A stretch of 64,000 nucleotides of DNA from a bacterium UBP8_UBA817 (GTDB taxonomy: Bacteria > Margulisbacteria > Marinamargulisbacteria > SXXA01 > SICP01). The stretch spans positions 36,148-100,147 of the forward strand of contig CAMDGG010000001.1 of the NCBI GenBank assembly GCA_945898045.1. Reading direction: 5' to 3'. Shown piece after piece: positions 35,215-44,760 of the stretch (positions are counted from its first letter, which is position 1; the number at the start of each line of letters is the position of its first letter). Position numbers and translations under genes: made by a program. A model generated the notes under the pieces. That model made no database searches. It was given only the letters and a program-made list of their open reading frames with translations, and had not been told where the DNA came from.

Positions 35215-38200
35215 GTTCTGGGCTACACCCCATTTCTCGGGCTGAAAAACCGCTTCTATCTCAGCTACTCTTGCTTCAATTGGGTTCTTCTATTTTTCCT
35301 GAGCTCCTTGAGGAATTTCCAGAACGACTTTTAATTCTTGAGCATATATTAGGACCTATTGCACTCTCTACAAAAACACGGTCTACAGCTTCTTTACTTC
35401 CCCTTGTTTTATTACTCAACCGTCCGAATTCACGCTTCGTTTTTTCTTTCACTGAGTTCTTTCAAGAATTTTTTCGCTTGGCGCGGTCTATTTTTCTGCG
35501 TAGGGCATTTGCTTCACATGTGTGGCTTAAGCAAGATCTTGGCTTGTTATGGCAGAAGCATCTGGATATTTTTTCTCGTCAGGCGTTACTGACTTGTCGG
35601 TCTCAACATGAAATTGTACGTTTTTTTCTGCGTTTTAGGCCGGGTATTGCAGGGGTGGTGGTTTTACAGAGATTAGATCCGATTTTGCTGGATTTTCGTG
35701 TCAGTATTCCTACCGAAAAGGAGAGTCGAAAACATTTTTGGGAAAACCCGTTACTTTATGCGCTTCCGTCCAGTATTCAGCGTCGATTTGATGTCTTTAT
35801 TAAAGCGTATCATCGCGCCTGCTCACGTCCGTGCGCACAAGAACTAAATGCGCTCGTGCATTACTATCACCATCTTTTGCTGGCCTTTCTGTCAGACTAT
35901 GAAACGCATGTGTCTCTTGTCCAGGATCTGCTTATATCTGGTCAAACTGACCGAGATACAAATACAACGTTACATGGCTACTTACATCACTTACAGGTGT
36001 TTCAAGAAAGCATTGATCATCTGATGCGTATGACACCTCTTATGGGTGAATTGGGCTGCAATCTGAGAGCCTTGTACTTAGAGGGATTGCGATTATCAGT
36101 GTCTTTTACGTATCGAGGGGACTCTCTTTTTTCTAGCGCCTCTATATTAAAAAAGGACGCGCTATCTTCTGTCCGGCAAATTTTAATTTATCATGGATTA
36201 CCTCTGGATTTTGAGCCACTTTTTACAGGCCACCTCCAAACTACCCAACGGTTAGCACGTAGTATTCAGGAACACCTCTCTGTCTTTGAGGGCATGAGAG
36301 ACCAGTTGACGGTGATGTTTCAACAATCGAAGGCACATCAAGCACGCTTTCAAGAAACGCGGTTACTTTATCACCGTCCTTCAGAAGAAACGATGCACCG
36401 AGTGATGACGTTTTTTTTCCAAAAGCAAGATCTTGCTTTTGCTTTTTCAGCCTCTAACACGTCGCTTCTTTTTGAGCTGATTTCTCAAGAAGTTTCAATG
36501 GCTCAGTGTCATGCTTTTTGGGCGCAAGGTGTAGTGGATCGGGTTTATTCTTTAATGCAATCTCTTAGTGCTCCCACAGTTATTTTTGGCGTATTTCCCC
36601 TGTCCCATTTGGTTCGAAAAGATGTCGTGTATCAGTTTCACGCCTTACTCAGAAATGTACGACACTACATTAATAGTCATGACCTAGACGCTTCTAGCCA
36701 GTGGCTTCTTTCTATTTTGTGCGCGTCCGAAAGACGGCCTGTTTATCATTTTTCTGGTCTCTTGATCCATTATCTGAGCTTAGGACTTCCTAATGATCTC
36801 TTTCTGGCTATTATTCGCAGAATGGCTGAAATCGTGAAGGGATCCAATCGACCACTGTTTCGCTCGGCTATTGGAGAAGCTATATCGCTTGTAGATACGC
36901 AGCTTCTTTCTGTCGTCCCATCTACATGGTCTGCATCAGAAAAATGGCGAAATAGCCCCTATTTTTTAAATACACTGTCGGGGTATTCCCGCAAATTACT
37001 TTTGCAAGATTCTGAGATACCGTGGACATCGCTTCTGATTGATATGGGTCCAGAGGAAATGACGCATTCTCCGTTGATCCTTACGCTGACCTTTCATTAT
37101 GTTCCTCAAACTTTAGAGGAGCAGATTTTGACGCCTTATTTGTCTGCATTGTTACGACAAAGCGAGGGGCGTTATGCGTCGAGATATCGTGCAAAAGAAT
37201 CACTTCTTCTACTCAGCGCCCTATTTCCCGAATCTCAGCAGCCTGCCGCTCTAGCGTCTTTCACAGAGTATGTTTCTCAAGCCGGAGAAGATATCAGAAA
37301 CAAAGCTGATTTGGTGTCTGTTTTTTCGTCTACACCTTTGTTTCCGTTTGCAAGTTATCATTGGAAGCAGCATTGGCTTTTGGCCGTTTCGGCTTCGCTT
37401 CAGCAGTATGCCTCGTCGGATTCTTTTTTATTTGTTACCAAGTTATTAACGCCACAGCTGCTTGCATCTTTGTCTCGTGCATTTGTAGAGGCTTGGGTTT
37501 GCGGCATCCCTCATAGTCAGGTTTTGTTTACACAACTTGCGCTTTTGAGTTCTTATGATCCAGCGTTGGTACGCCGGCTTTCGGATAGTATGGCCAAAGA
37601 ATTTCTGGCGCTTTCTTTATCGACCGTTCAGCTTGCTTTGTTTTATGATTTTTTAAGACAAAAAGAAGTGGCGGGAAGCGTTCTTGTATCAGAGGTTGCG
37701 CGTCGTATTCAGCGACGGCTTGATCAGGATATCGAGGAAGAGAGTCCGGGTCTGGTGGTAGAGAGTAGGAATACAATGTCACTATCGGATGTTTTGTCGA
37801 TGGTCCGAACTATTCCCCCGACAGCTGTACACGCCAATCCATTACTAACGGTAGCGTATCAACCGTTTATTCATGAGTTCTTCGTGTCTCCAGATGTATT
37901 TTTTTGGTATGGGGCCCAGCTTTCACTCACGCCAGATGCGCATCGAAAATTACGGATTTATTGCAGTACCACCTTGCCTCATTTTTACGCACTATTCCCT
38001 CAGCCTTATCATACCGTTTTTGATGTTATAGCCGACGCATTTAATCAAGCTTCTCTTTCTGGAAAAATAAGCTCAGAGGCAGGTCTATCCCATGAGTTAC
38101 ATCTGGTGGGTTCGTCGGAATTATTAAGCCCTTATCAATCTCTTTTACTTTCTCATCTCTGTCTTCTATTAGATTTTCTAGAGTTCCCCGAAAATAGCGC

Positions 38201-41200
38201 TAAATGGTGTTCTGTTTTGTATTTTCTTACAGATGTCGATGACGTGGTGCGCGGCTCCATTTTACCTATACTTTACAACTTTAATCAGTTTGAGGAATTG
38301 CTTCCGTGCTTATCAACATTATCTTCTTCGGACTGTTTATCTCATCTTACGATTGTGCAATCCGTGCTTCCAGATTTTCTAAAAACCCTTCTTTTTCCTT
38401 TGGTTAAAATGGGGAAATTTATGCCGAGTGATCTGACTGCATTTGCTGACGATGCCCCTACGGCTCAATTCTGTCTTGATGTCACACATTTTGTAGAGTG
38501 TATTTCTCGAACCAGTTTAGAAAATCCTGTATTTAGTGAAGCAGACAAGGCCGTGATTGCTAGTGTGACGCGGAACTATGGTGATTTTTTACAAGTATTT
38601 TCTTGTCGCGAGCCTGAGATGTATTTGCGATTTGTCGCTATTACGTGTCGTTTTCTTGATAGTTTTGGTTCCGTATCTTTATATGATTCCGCATTATATG
38701 AAGGCCTTTCAAATGCAATGCAAGCACTCCCCCTAGGCCTGCCTGCGGCAGAAATCTCTCGGTCTGGCATTCTCCACGCAATGCTGTCGCAAGCGTCAGA
38801 TTTAGATGCGCTGGATACGCTTTCTAGTGTCTTTTTTGATCAGTTTACGTTGCCGCAACAAACGGGGTTTTTATCGTTGATTAGATACAATTTTGACTTG
38901 GTTCTTCCTGTATTTGAAGCAAAGTTGTCGCAGTTTTCAGACGATCGTTATCGTAGCTCTGTTTACTTAAAAACGTTTGGCCATTGTTTGTCCGCGCTGT
39001 CTGCCTCTCCTGACTTATTGTTGTCGCATGCGGACAGCGGACTACTTTCGTCTTTGTATCAATTGACCCAGCATTTTCAACGTAAGCCTCTTTTAGATTT
39101 TGAGCATTTGTCTTCACTTGCAATGGAGAGTTTATTGGCAGTTCAGGAAGGGCGCTCAGCGGAAGTATCGTTGCGACGCGCCTGTCAAATTGTTGGAAAC
39201 TATCGTGATGAGTGGGCTCAAAAAGGATGGTTTCCTGCAGAAGAAATCCTTTCTCTGACTTCAGAAAATTTAGAAGAGTCAGATATTTTCCTTATTCTTA
39301 TCCCACTATTATCTGCAGTTGGCGCTGGTATTTACGAACTTTCGCCCGAAAAAGCTCGTTATTTGGATGACGCCACGAACCGTCTCTGCCGAGGACTTTG
39401 CGCGGGTCTGGTTCTGTATCCACAACGATTTATTTTGTATTCGGGTGCATTTTGGGCACGTGCTGCCGCTGTGATCGTTAGGTATTGTGACCAGGATCCT
39501 GCGTTTATTTCCAAATCTATTCCTACAGCGTATTCGAGTGTTTCTGTTCGGTACCGCCTTATTTATTTGGCGGAACTTCTTAATCGTTATGACGGGGCAT
39601 TGGCTGAGTTATTTACAAAATATAGTGGTCTGATGGGGCTGGAAACTTTATCACAGATTTTGGATGCTATTTTACTTTTGCACGAAGCCTCTTTTTCAGA
39701 CGATAAGCTAGCCCGTTTAATTCAAGAAACGCCCGATTCTGTACGTATTTGGTCGGGTCTTTATCGAGAGTATCCTGACTTTTGTATTCGACTTCTAGCA
39801 ACGCAATCTGAGTCTGCATGGTCCGATTTCCCCGTTGTATTACCGGCTCATCATTTACTGGTTTTACAAGCACCAGAAATGCTACAACTAGATTTTACAG
39901 AGTGGACTCATTTTGATTTTGGGAACGAAGATTTACCAAGCTTACTCTATCAATTAGGTCTTTCATATTTACACGCTATTAGTGCTGGAAAAGAGGATCT
40001 GGCTTCACGATGTTGTGTGTGGACAGGCCGATTCTTTTATCATTTATTGGCGTATCATCGGGATAAAGCCATTGATATTGCACCTGGATTTCTATGCCAA
40101 TTTCCCGATTTATTTTTCAAAGCTATTTTGGAAGGCCATCCCAATCTTAAAGTCTGGCTAGTAGATGCTATTTTATTTTCAGAGTCAGGGCTTCAGTGTC
40201 TCGATGCGTGTATCCCCATTATTTTATTGCGAGAACCTCTTTTCCAGACACTTGTTTTTGAGATGCTTAGAGAAAAACCTGCGCCATTATTCTGTACGGC
40301 TTATGTCTTATACCGTTATTTACGACATTTCCCCGAAGAAGCACTTTCGTTTTCTACCCTCCCCTACTTTACGGATACGATGTACTTCTTTTTACGTTAC
40401 GATCAATTAGATATGCTGATTTCTACACATCCTGAATTAAGAAATTTCTGCGCAGAACTACTTACCATTCATACCCCTACGGCCCCACTTGAGACGCCTA
40501 TTATGGACGTTATTTATGATGCACCGCTGTTGATAGACGAGACGATTGAAATACGTCTGATGGCCGCCTTGGCGCAACGTGCAGGACAACCCGAGAATGC
40601 GCACGAAAACGAGGTCTTAATACATCATGCGTTTATGATGCTTTCTAGTCAGTCTGATGCTATGAATCGTTTTTTACAGGCGCTTCTCGATAGATCTAGC
40701 TCATGGGACGATCCGGTTCTTCTTACTTTATTTGAAGGATGCCCAAAACAAACCAGCCTGTTTCATGAGTTGTGTAGTCGGGTTGTTGATTCTCAGGCAA
40801 GACTATACTTGCACCACTTTATTACCCAGTGCTTCACGCTTTGGCTTTTGAACCTCCAGACACAGCCTCTTGATCTTGTAACTTGTCTGGATTGGTTTTG
40901 TATTTTTCTTCAATTTTTACCTGAATCTGAAGGACTTATATTGTCGCAACAGTTTTTAGATTTCGGCATACCAGCTTCTAAGCAGTCTATTGCATTACTA
41001 TTGGCAGAAAGGCCTTTTTTAACCGATGCGATTCGTCTTAATTTGTTATCTTCCCTATTTCAAAAAAATGACCCGTATTTTATTGTAGATGCGCTTAAAA
41101 CCGCCGATCGCTCTGCACTCTTTTTCCCGCTGTGGAATGTCTTTTTAACCTCTAATGATCTTACTGTTTTATTGGCGGAAGAGTCCCCCTTAGATCGCTA

Positions 41201-42950
41201 TTTATATTCCGCATTTTGCCAGGCTTTAGTATCAGAAAACGGGGGACTTCTCTTAAGATATGGGCATGATTTATTTAGGCCTTTTCTGGTTAGATTTTTA
41301 GAGCGTTTTTATACCAATGAAGATAGTGCCGTTGCATTGGCGTGGTTTTTTAACCAAATTATTGAAACCCGACATACGGTCTTTCTGACAGCTTGGCATG
41401 ATTTTATTCACGCACAACTGTTGCACGCTGATTTGACTTGGTTTTTTTCTGTGATCGTAGACTTTGTACGTCAACAGCCTCGATCTGATGCGTGGGCGTT
41501 TCTTTTGATGGGCCTTCCGCCTCGATTTTTCTTATATTTTATTCCAGCTCTTTTTCAAGAGAACGGTTTTAAAGATGTTCGTCATCGTATTTTTGATGAC
41601 TTATTAACCATACGTGTTCCACATGAAACATTTTTGAGAGCCTTGGTTAAAACACTATCGACGCGTTCACTGGCCAGTCTCTTGCTTCATGAAAACCGCT
41701 CTCTGTTTATACGACAACAACTGGTTCAAACACTTTTAAGTTCTGATCAGGCGTATCGGGAATCGGTTTTGAATGACTTGATTGCGTCCGAACATCTCTC
41801 TGCTGAGCGTTATCGTGTCCTTCAAGAAAGTCTTTTACTCTTTCACATGTATGATCCGATATTAACAACGACTGTTTTACACTCACAACCTGACGTCTTT
41901 AGACAAAAACTTTGGGTATCTGTGGATGCATTAGAAGAGGCACGCACTCACCTCCTAAGTGCGATACGGCAATCTTCGGAAACAGATACCGAGGGATTTG
42001 TTCTTGCAAGTAAAACAGGATTGGCTCAGGTAGATCAGGGCTTTTCGTTGTTACCCATTGTGGCTGCAACGCTTGGACTGGATCAAGAATGCCCAGGTAT
42101 TTTCTCGACATTTTGCCATGTGATGCGACGCGCCTATCTTTCTGTTCTTTTGCCACCGAGGGTTTTAAGTCCTTTAGAAAAAGAACGGTTTTTTGCGAAG
42201 AAATTTCTTCAGGGAATTCATGTTGGTTCCAGTCGCTCTCCCCAAATTTCTTTGGCGTTTCTTTTTAGACTATTGTCTCCTTATGTTGAGTTGCCTTTTG
42301 ATTGTGATCGGCTTGTGGAAGATGTTACGCAATGGACAGCGTGCCTGAAAAGTCGTGATTTCCATGCGTTGGGCGCTCCTCATTTTTATTATGTAATGAA
42401 TACGTTACACCCAACAGACTTGGAACAGATCTCGCGTCTCTATCCGCTTCAACTTTCTCCTAATTTCTTACTATTGCAAGGTATTCCTGAGGCATCCGTT
42501 TCTCTGATTTGGACGGGATTACAAAATACTGGCGTTATCAAATCTGATGGCAAAGTGGTTTATGATCGACTGGCCCATCCGATTGCGTTTCATGAGCTTT
42601 ACGAAACTGTTTTCGAGAGCCTTAATCGCACCGTTTTGGAAGACAGCCAGAGACTTCAAAACGTCATCATGCAGTCAAAAGATCTTTATGCCATCACCCA
42701 TTATCGAGGACGCAAGTTTAGAACAGCATTTTGTCGATTGTTTTTAAACCAAGATCCAGACCACCAAGCCTGGCTTACAGAATGTCTTTATCGGTTGGAT
42801 ACAAGCGATCCTGGTGCTCAGCCGCTCATACAAAATCTGACGGATATGCTGGTCGCAGAATGTGGAATTTCGGATGTGTATTGGACGCCAGAAGCTTTGT
42901 TTTCTCTAGCTGAACAGATGGATCAGTGGCTCTCGCTGAGTATTACGTGA
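35211..42950 (+). CDS. Giant Leu/Phe/Ser-rich alpha-solenoid-like hypothetical protein, 2579 aa
   Basis: 7.7-kb open frame with an ATGA overlap with the upstream gene. Amphipathic helices throughout and no catalytic motif recognised. Confidence 0.85.
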   Translation: MSSGLHPISRAEKPLLSQLLLLQLGSSIFPELLEEFPERLLILEHILGPIALSTKTRSTASLLPLVLLLNRPNSRFVFSFTEFFQEFFRLARSIFLRRAFASHVWLKQDLGLLWQKHLDIFSRQALLTCRSQHEIVRFFLRFRPGIAGVVVLQRLDPILLDFRVSIPTEKESRKHFWENPLLYALPSSIQRRFDVFIKAYHRACSRPCAQELNALVHYYHHLLLAFLSDYETHVSLVQDLLISGQTDRDTNTTLHGYLHHLQVFQESIDHLMRMTPLMGELGCNLRALYLEGLRLSVSFTYRGDSLFSSASILKKDALSSVRQILIYHGLPLDFEPLFTGHLQTTQRLARSIQEHLSVFEGMRDQLTVMFQQSKAHQARFQETRLLYHRPSEETMHRVMTFFFQKQDLAFAFSASNTSLLFELISQEVSMAQCHAFWAQGVVDRVYSLMQSLSAPTVIFGVFPLSHLVRKDVVYQFHALLRNVRHYINSHDLDASSQWLLSILCASERRPVYHFSGLLIHYLSLGLPNDLFLAIIRRMAEIVKGSNRPLFRSAIGEAISLVDTQLLSVVPSTWSASEKWRNSPYFLNTLSGYSRKLLLQDSEIPWTSLLIDMGPEEMTHSPLILTLTFHYVPQTLEEQILTPYLSALLRQSEGRYASRYRAKESLLLLSALFPESQQPAALASFTEYVSQAGEDIRNKADLVSVFSSTPLFPFASYHWKQHWLLAVSASLQQYASSDSFLFVTKLLTPQLLASLSRAFVEAWVCGIPHSQVLFTQLALLSSYDPALVRRLSDSMAKEFLALSLSTVQLALFYDFLRQKEVAGSVLVSEVARRIQRRLDQDIEEESPGLVVESRNTMSLSDVLSMVRTIPPTAVHANPLLTVAYQPFIHEFFVSPDVFFWYGAQLSLTPDAHRKLRIYCSTTLPHFYALFPQPYHTVFDVIADAFNQASLSGKISSEAGLSHELHLVGSSELLSPYQSLLLSHLCLLLDFLEFPENSAKWCSVLYFLTDVDDVVRGSILPILYNFNQFEELLPCLSTLSSSDCLSHLTIVQSVLPDFLKTLLFPLVKMGKFMPSDLTAFADDAPTAQFCLDVTHFVECISRTSLENPVFSEADKAVIASVTRNYGDFLQVFSCREPEMYLRFVAITCRFLDSFGSVSLYDSALYEGLSNAMQALPLGLPAAEISRSGILHAMLSQASDLDALDTLSSVFFDQFTLPQQTGFLSLIRYNFDLVLPVFEAKLSQFSDDRYRSSVYLKTFGHCLSALSASPDLLLSHADSGLLSSLYQLTQHFQRKPLLDFEHLSSLAMESLLAVQEGRSAEVSLRRACQIVGNYRDEWAQKGWFPAEEILSLTSENLEESDIFLILIPLLSAVGAGIYELSPEKARYLDDATNRLCRGLCAGLVLYPQRFILYSGAFWARAAAVIVRYCDQDPAFISKSIPTAYSSVSVRYRLIYLAELLNRYDGALAELFTKYSGLMGLETLSQILDAILLLHEASFSDDKLARLIQETPDSVRIWSGLYREYPDFCIRLLATQSESAWSDFPVVLPAHHLLVLQAPEMLQLDFTEWTHFDFGNEDLPSLLYQLGLSYLHAISAGKEDLASRCCVWTGRFFYHLLAYHRDKAIDIAPGFLCQFPDLFFKAILEGHPNLKVWLVDAILFSESGLQCLDACIPIILLREPLFQTLVFEMLREKPAPLFCTAYVLYRYLRHFPEEALSFSTLPYFTDTMYFFLRYDQLDMLISTHPELRNFCAELLTIHTPTAPLETPIMDVIYDAPLLIDETIEIRLMAALAQRAGQPENAHENEVLIHHAFMMLSSQSDAMNRFLQALLDRSSSWDDPVLLTLFEGCPKQTSLFHELCSRVVDSQARLYLHHFITQCFTLWLLNLQTQPLDLVTCLDWFCIFLQFLPESEGLILSQQFLDFGIPASKQSIALLLAERPFLTDAIRLNLLSSLFQKNDPYFIVDALKTADRSALFFPLWNVFLTSNDLTVLLAEESPLDRYLYSAFCQALVSENGGLLLRYGHDLFRPFLVRFLERFYTNEDSAVALAWFFNQIIETRHTVFLTAWHDFIHAQLLHADLTWFFSVIVDFVRQQPRSDAWAFLLMGLPPRFFLYFIPALFQENGFKDVRHRIFDDLLTIRVPHETFLRALVKTLSTRSLASLLLHENRSLFIRQQLVQTLLSSDQAYRESVLNDLIASEHLSAERYRVLQESLLLFHMYDPILTTTVLHSQPDVFRQKLWVSVDALEEARTHLLSAIRQSSETDTEGFVLASKTGLAQVDQGFSLLPIVAATLGLDQECPGIFSTFCHVMRRAYLSVLLPPRVLSPLEKERFFAKKFLQGIHVGSSRSPQISLAFLFRLLSPYVELPFDCDRLVEDVTQWTACLKSRDFHALGAPHFYYVMNTLHPTDLEQISRLYPLQLSPNFLLLQGIPEASVSLIWTGLQNTGVIKSDGKVVYDRLAHPIAFHELYETVFESLNRTVLEDSQRLQNVIMQSKDLYAITHYRGRKFRTAFCRLFLNQDPDHQAWLTECLYRLDTSDPGAQPLIQNLTDMLVAECGISDVYWTPEALFSLAEQMDQWLSLSIT

Positions 42951-42976
42951 TATGTTGGTAACCTAAGGAATTTGGC

Positions 42977-44425
42977 ATGAATACTGAAGAACTCATCAAT
43001 TTAGTAAACCACTTAACAAATCGTTCTGAGGAATGCGAGTGGATTGAATTTAAGCACAACTTTCATTCTCCTGAGGAAATCGGAGAGAATATATCTGCCT
43101 TATCAAATAGTGCTTGTTTGCAAAATCAACCCTATAGCTATCTTGTCTTTGGCGTTCAAGATCGAACACATCAAATTGTAGGCACTCTCTTTAAAGCAAA
43201 GTCCTCCAAAGTAAAAAATGAAAATTTAGAAAATTGGTTGGTAAATCGTCTTAGTCCCAAAATTGATTTTTCAGTATATGAATTTGATTATGAGGGAGAT
43301 AAGCCTATCTCTTTGTATATGATTCCTGCTGCGAAAACACATCCCGTAACTTTTTCGCGAATTGCGTATGTTAGGGTAGGCAGTAGCACAAGAAAATTAG
43401 CTGATTTTCGCGAGAAGGAGTCTAAAATTTGGCGTAATAATAGTACCTCTTTTGAAGAGGAGATAGCTAAAGAAAACCTGTTGGCTTCAGATATTGTTAA
43501 CTTATTAAACACTCAGACTTATTTTGAGCGCCTAAAATTACCATACCCCTCAACGCAAGAAGGCGTAATTGAAAAATTCATATCTGAGAAACTGATTGTT
43601 AATGCAACGACTGGTTATTCCATTACCAAACTGGGTGCTATTTTATTTGCAAAAAATTTGGATGATTTTTCTTTGATACAGAGAAAATCTGTTCGAGTTA
43701 TTGTCTATAAAGGTGTTAGTAAGGTTGAAACTATTCGGGAGCAGATGGGAACCAAGGGCTATGCCGTTGGTTTTGAAGGATTGGTAGATTGGGTAAATAG
43801 TCAGCTTCCGGCCAATGAAGAAATAGGCAAAGCCTTCCGAACAGATTCAAGAATGTACCCAGAAATAGCTATTCGGGAAATTGTTGCCAATGCTTTGATA
43901 CATCAAGATTTTCTTGAAAAAGGGTTTCCCATGATTGAAATTTTTTCTGATAGGATTGAAATTTCTAACCCTGGAATTCCTCTTATTACACCCGAGAGAT
44001 TCATTGATGAATACCTTTCTCGAAACGAATCCTTAGCAGATTTAATGCGGCGAATGGGGCTTTGCGAGGAAAAAGGTAGCGGGTTAGATAAGGTCATTCA
44101 TTATAACGAGTTGTACCAATTGCCTGCCATAAATGTCATGGTTACAGAGAAAAGAACTAAGATCATTTTATATAGCTATAAAACACTTAATGCTACTGAT
44201 AAAAAAGAGAAAATTAGGGCTTGCTATCAACATGCTTGTCTTAAATATGTTTCAAATCAAAAAATGACTAATCAATCTCTGAGAGATAGGTTTAAAATTG
44301 ATGAACAGAATGCAGCGATTGCTTCTCGAATTATTAGAGATGCACTTGAAGAAAAACTGATTAAGGAAGACGATCCAACAAACAAATCCAGAAAATATGC
44401 TAGCTATGTTCCTTTTTGGGCCTAA
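42977..44425 (+). CDS. Schlafen/AlbA_2 domain + HATPase-like (RecG C-terminal type) + wHTH protein
   Basis: ECEWIEFKHN..IGENISALSN...YLVFGVQD, AYVRVGSS, YPEIAIREIVANALIHQDF, IEIFSDRIEISNPG, RNE.LADLMRRMGLCEEKGSG. More AT-rich than its flanks. Confidence 0.88.
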   Translation: MNTEELINLVNHLTNRSEECEWIEFKHNFHSPEEIGENISALSNSACLQNQPYSYLVFGVQDRTHQIVGTLFKAKSSKVKNENLENWLVNRLSPKIDFSVYEFDYEGDKPISLYMIPAAKTHPVTFSRIAYVRVGSSTRKLADFREKESKIWRNNSTSFEEEIAKENLLASDIVNLLNTQTYFERLKLPYPSTQEGVIEKFISEKLIVNATTGYSITKLGAILFAKNLDDFSLIQRKSVRVIVYKGVSKVETIREQMGTKGYAVGFEGLVDWVNSQLPANEEIGKAFRTDSRMYPEIAIREIVANALIHQDFLEKGFPMIEIFSDRIEISNPGIPLITPERFIDEYLSRNESLADLMRRMGLCEEKGSGLDKVIHYNELYQLPAINVMVTEKRTKIILYSYKTLNATDKKEKIRACYQHACLKYVSNQKMTNQSLRDRFKIDEQNAAIASRIIRDALEEKLIKEDDPTNKSRKYASYVPFWA

Positions 44426-44428
44426 ATC

Positions 44429-44514
44429 TTATTTGATGGTTATTTGATGAATGGGGCTGAATGGGGGCGTTATACATTGTTTCACACAGAGTTTTTATTT
44501 GATGACCATTTGAT
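44429..44514 (+). repeat. Four ATTTGAT direct-repeat boxes in two 11-bp-spaced pairs
   Basis: TTATTTGATGG TTATTTGATGA ... TTATTTGATGA CCATTTGATA, immediately after the AlbA gene stop. Confidence 0.7.
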
Positions 44515-44586
44515 AAATACTAATATTTTGATCTGAGAATTGAGATGACTACAGACGAAACCCACACTAAACTTTGGGACGTGTCT

Positions 44587-44614
44587 TTGCAAAACTAGAA
44601 TCGGATGATATATT
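44587..44614 (+). promoter_or_regulatory. Sigma-70 promoter for tRNA-Gly-tig-clpP-clpX
   Basis: TTGCAA-16 nt-TATATT with an extended TG. Confidence 0.55.
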
Positions 44615-44631
44615 TTTTATTCCTAAATGGT

Positions 44632-44707
44632 GCGGGATTAGCTCAGTTGGTAGAGCGTCTGCTTGCCAAGCAGAAGGTCGCCAGTTCGAATCTGGTATCC
44701 CGCTCCA
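44632..44707 (+). tRNA. tRNA-Gly (GCC)
   Basis: 76-nt cloverleaf GCGGGAT...ATCCCGC-TCCA. D-arm AGCTCAGTTGGTAGAGC, anticodon arm TCTGC-TTGCCAA-GCAGA, T-loop GTTCGAAT, and encoded CCA. Confidence 0.97.
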
Positions 44708-44760
44708 AAACTTTTTAGGCACAAAAATCCCCCTCTGCTCATAAAAGGAATCTTGTTACG

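Noticed and set aside
1449-44707. Whole accessory region as a prophage or tRNA-integrated genomic island
   Set aside because: There is no integrase or phage structural gene, no duplicated tRNA 3' end was seen, and the tRNA-Gly 3' end faces tig, not the accessory region.
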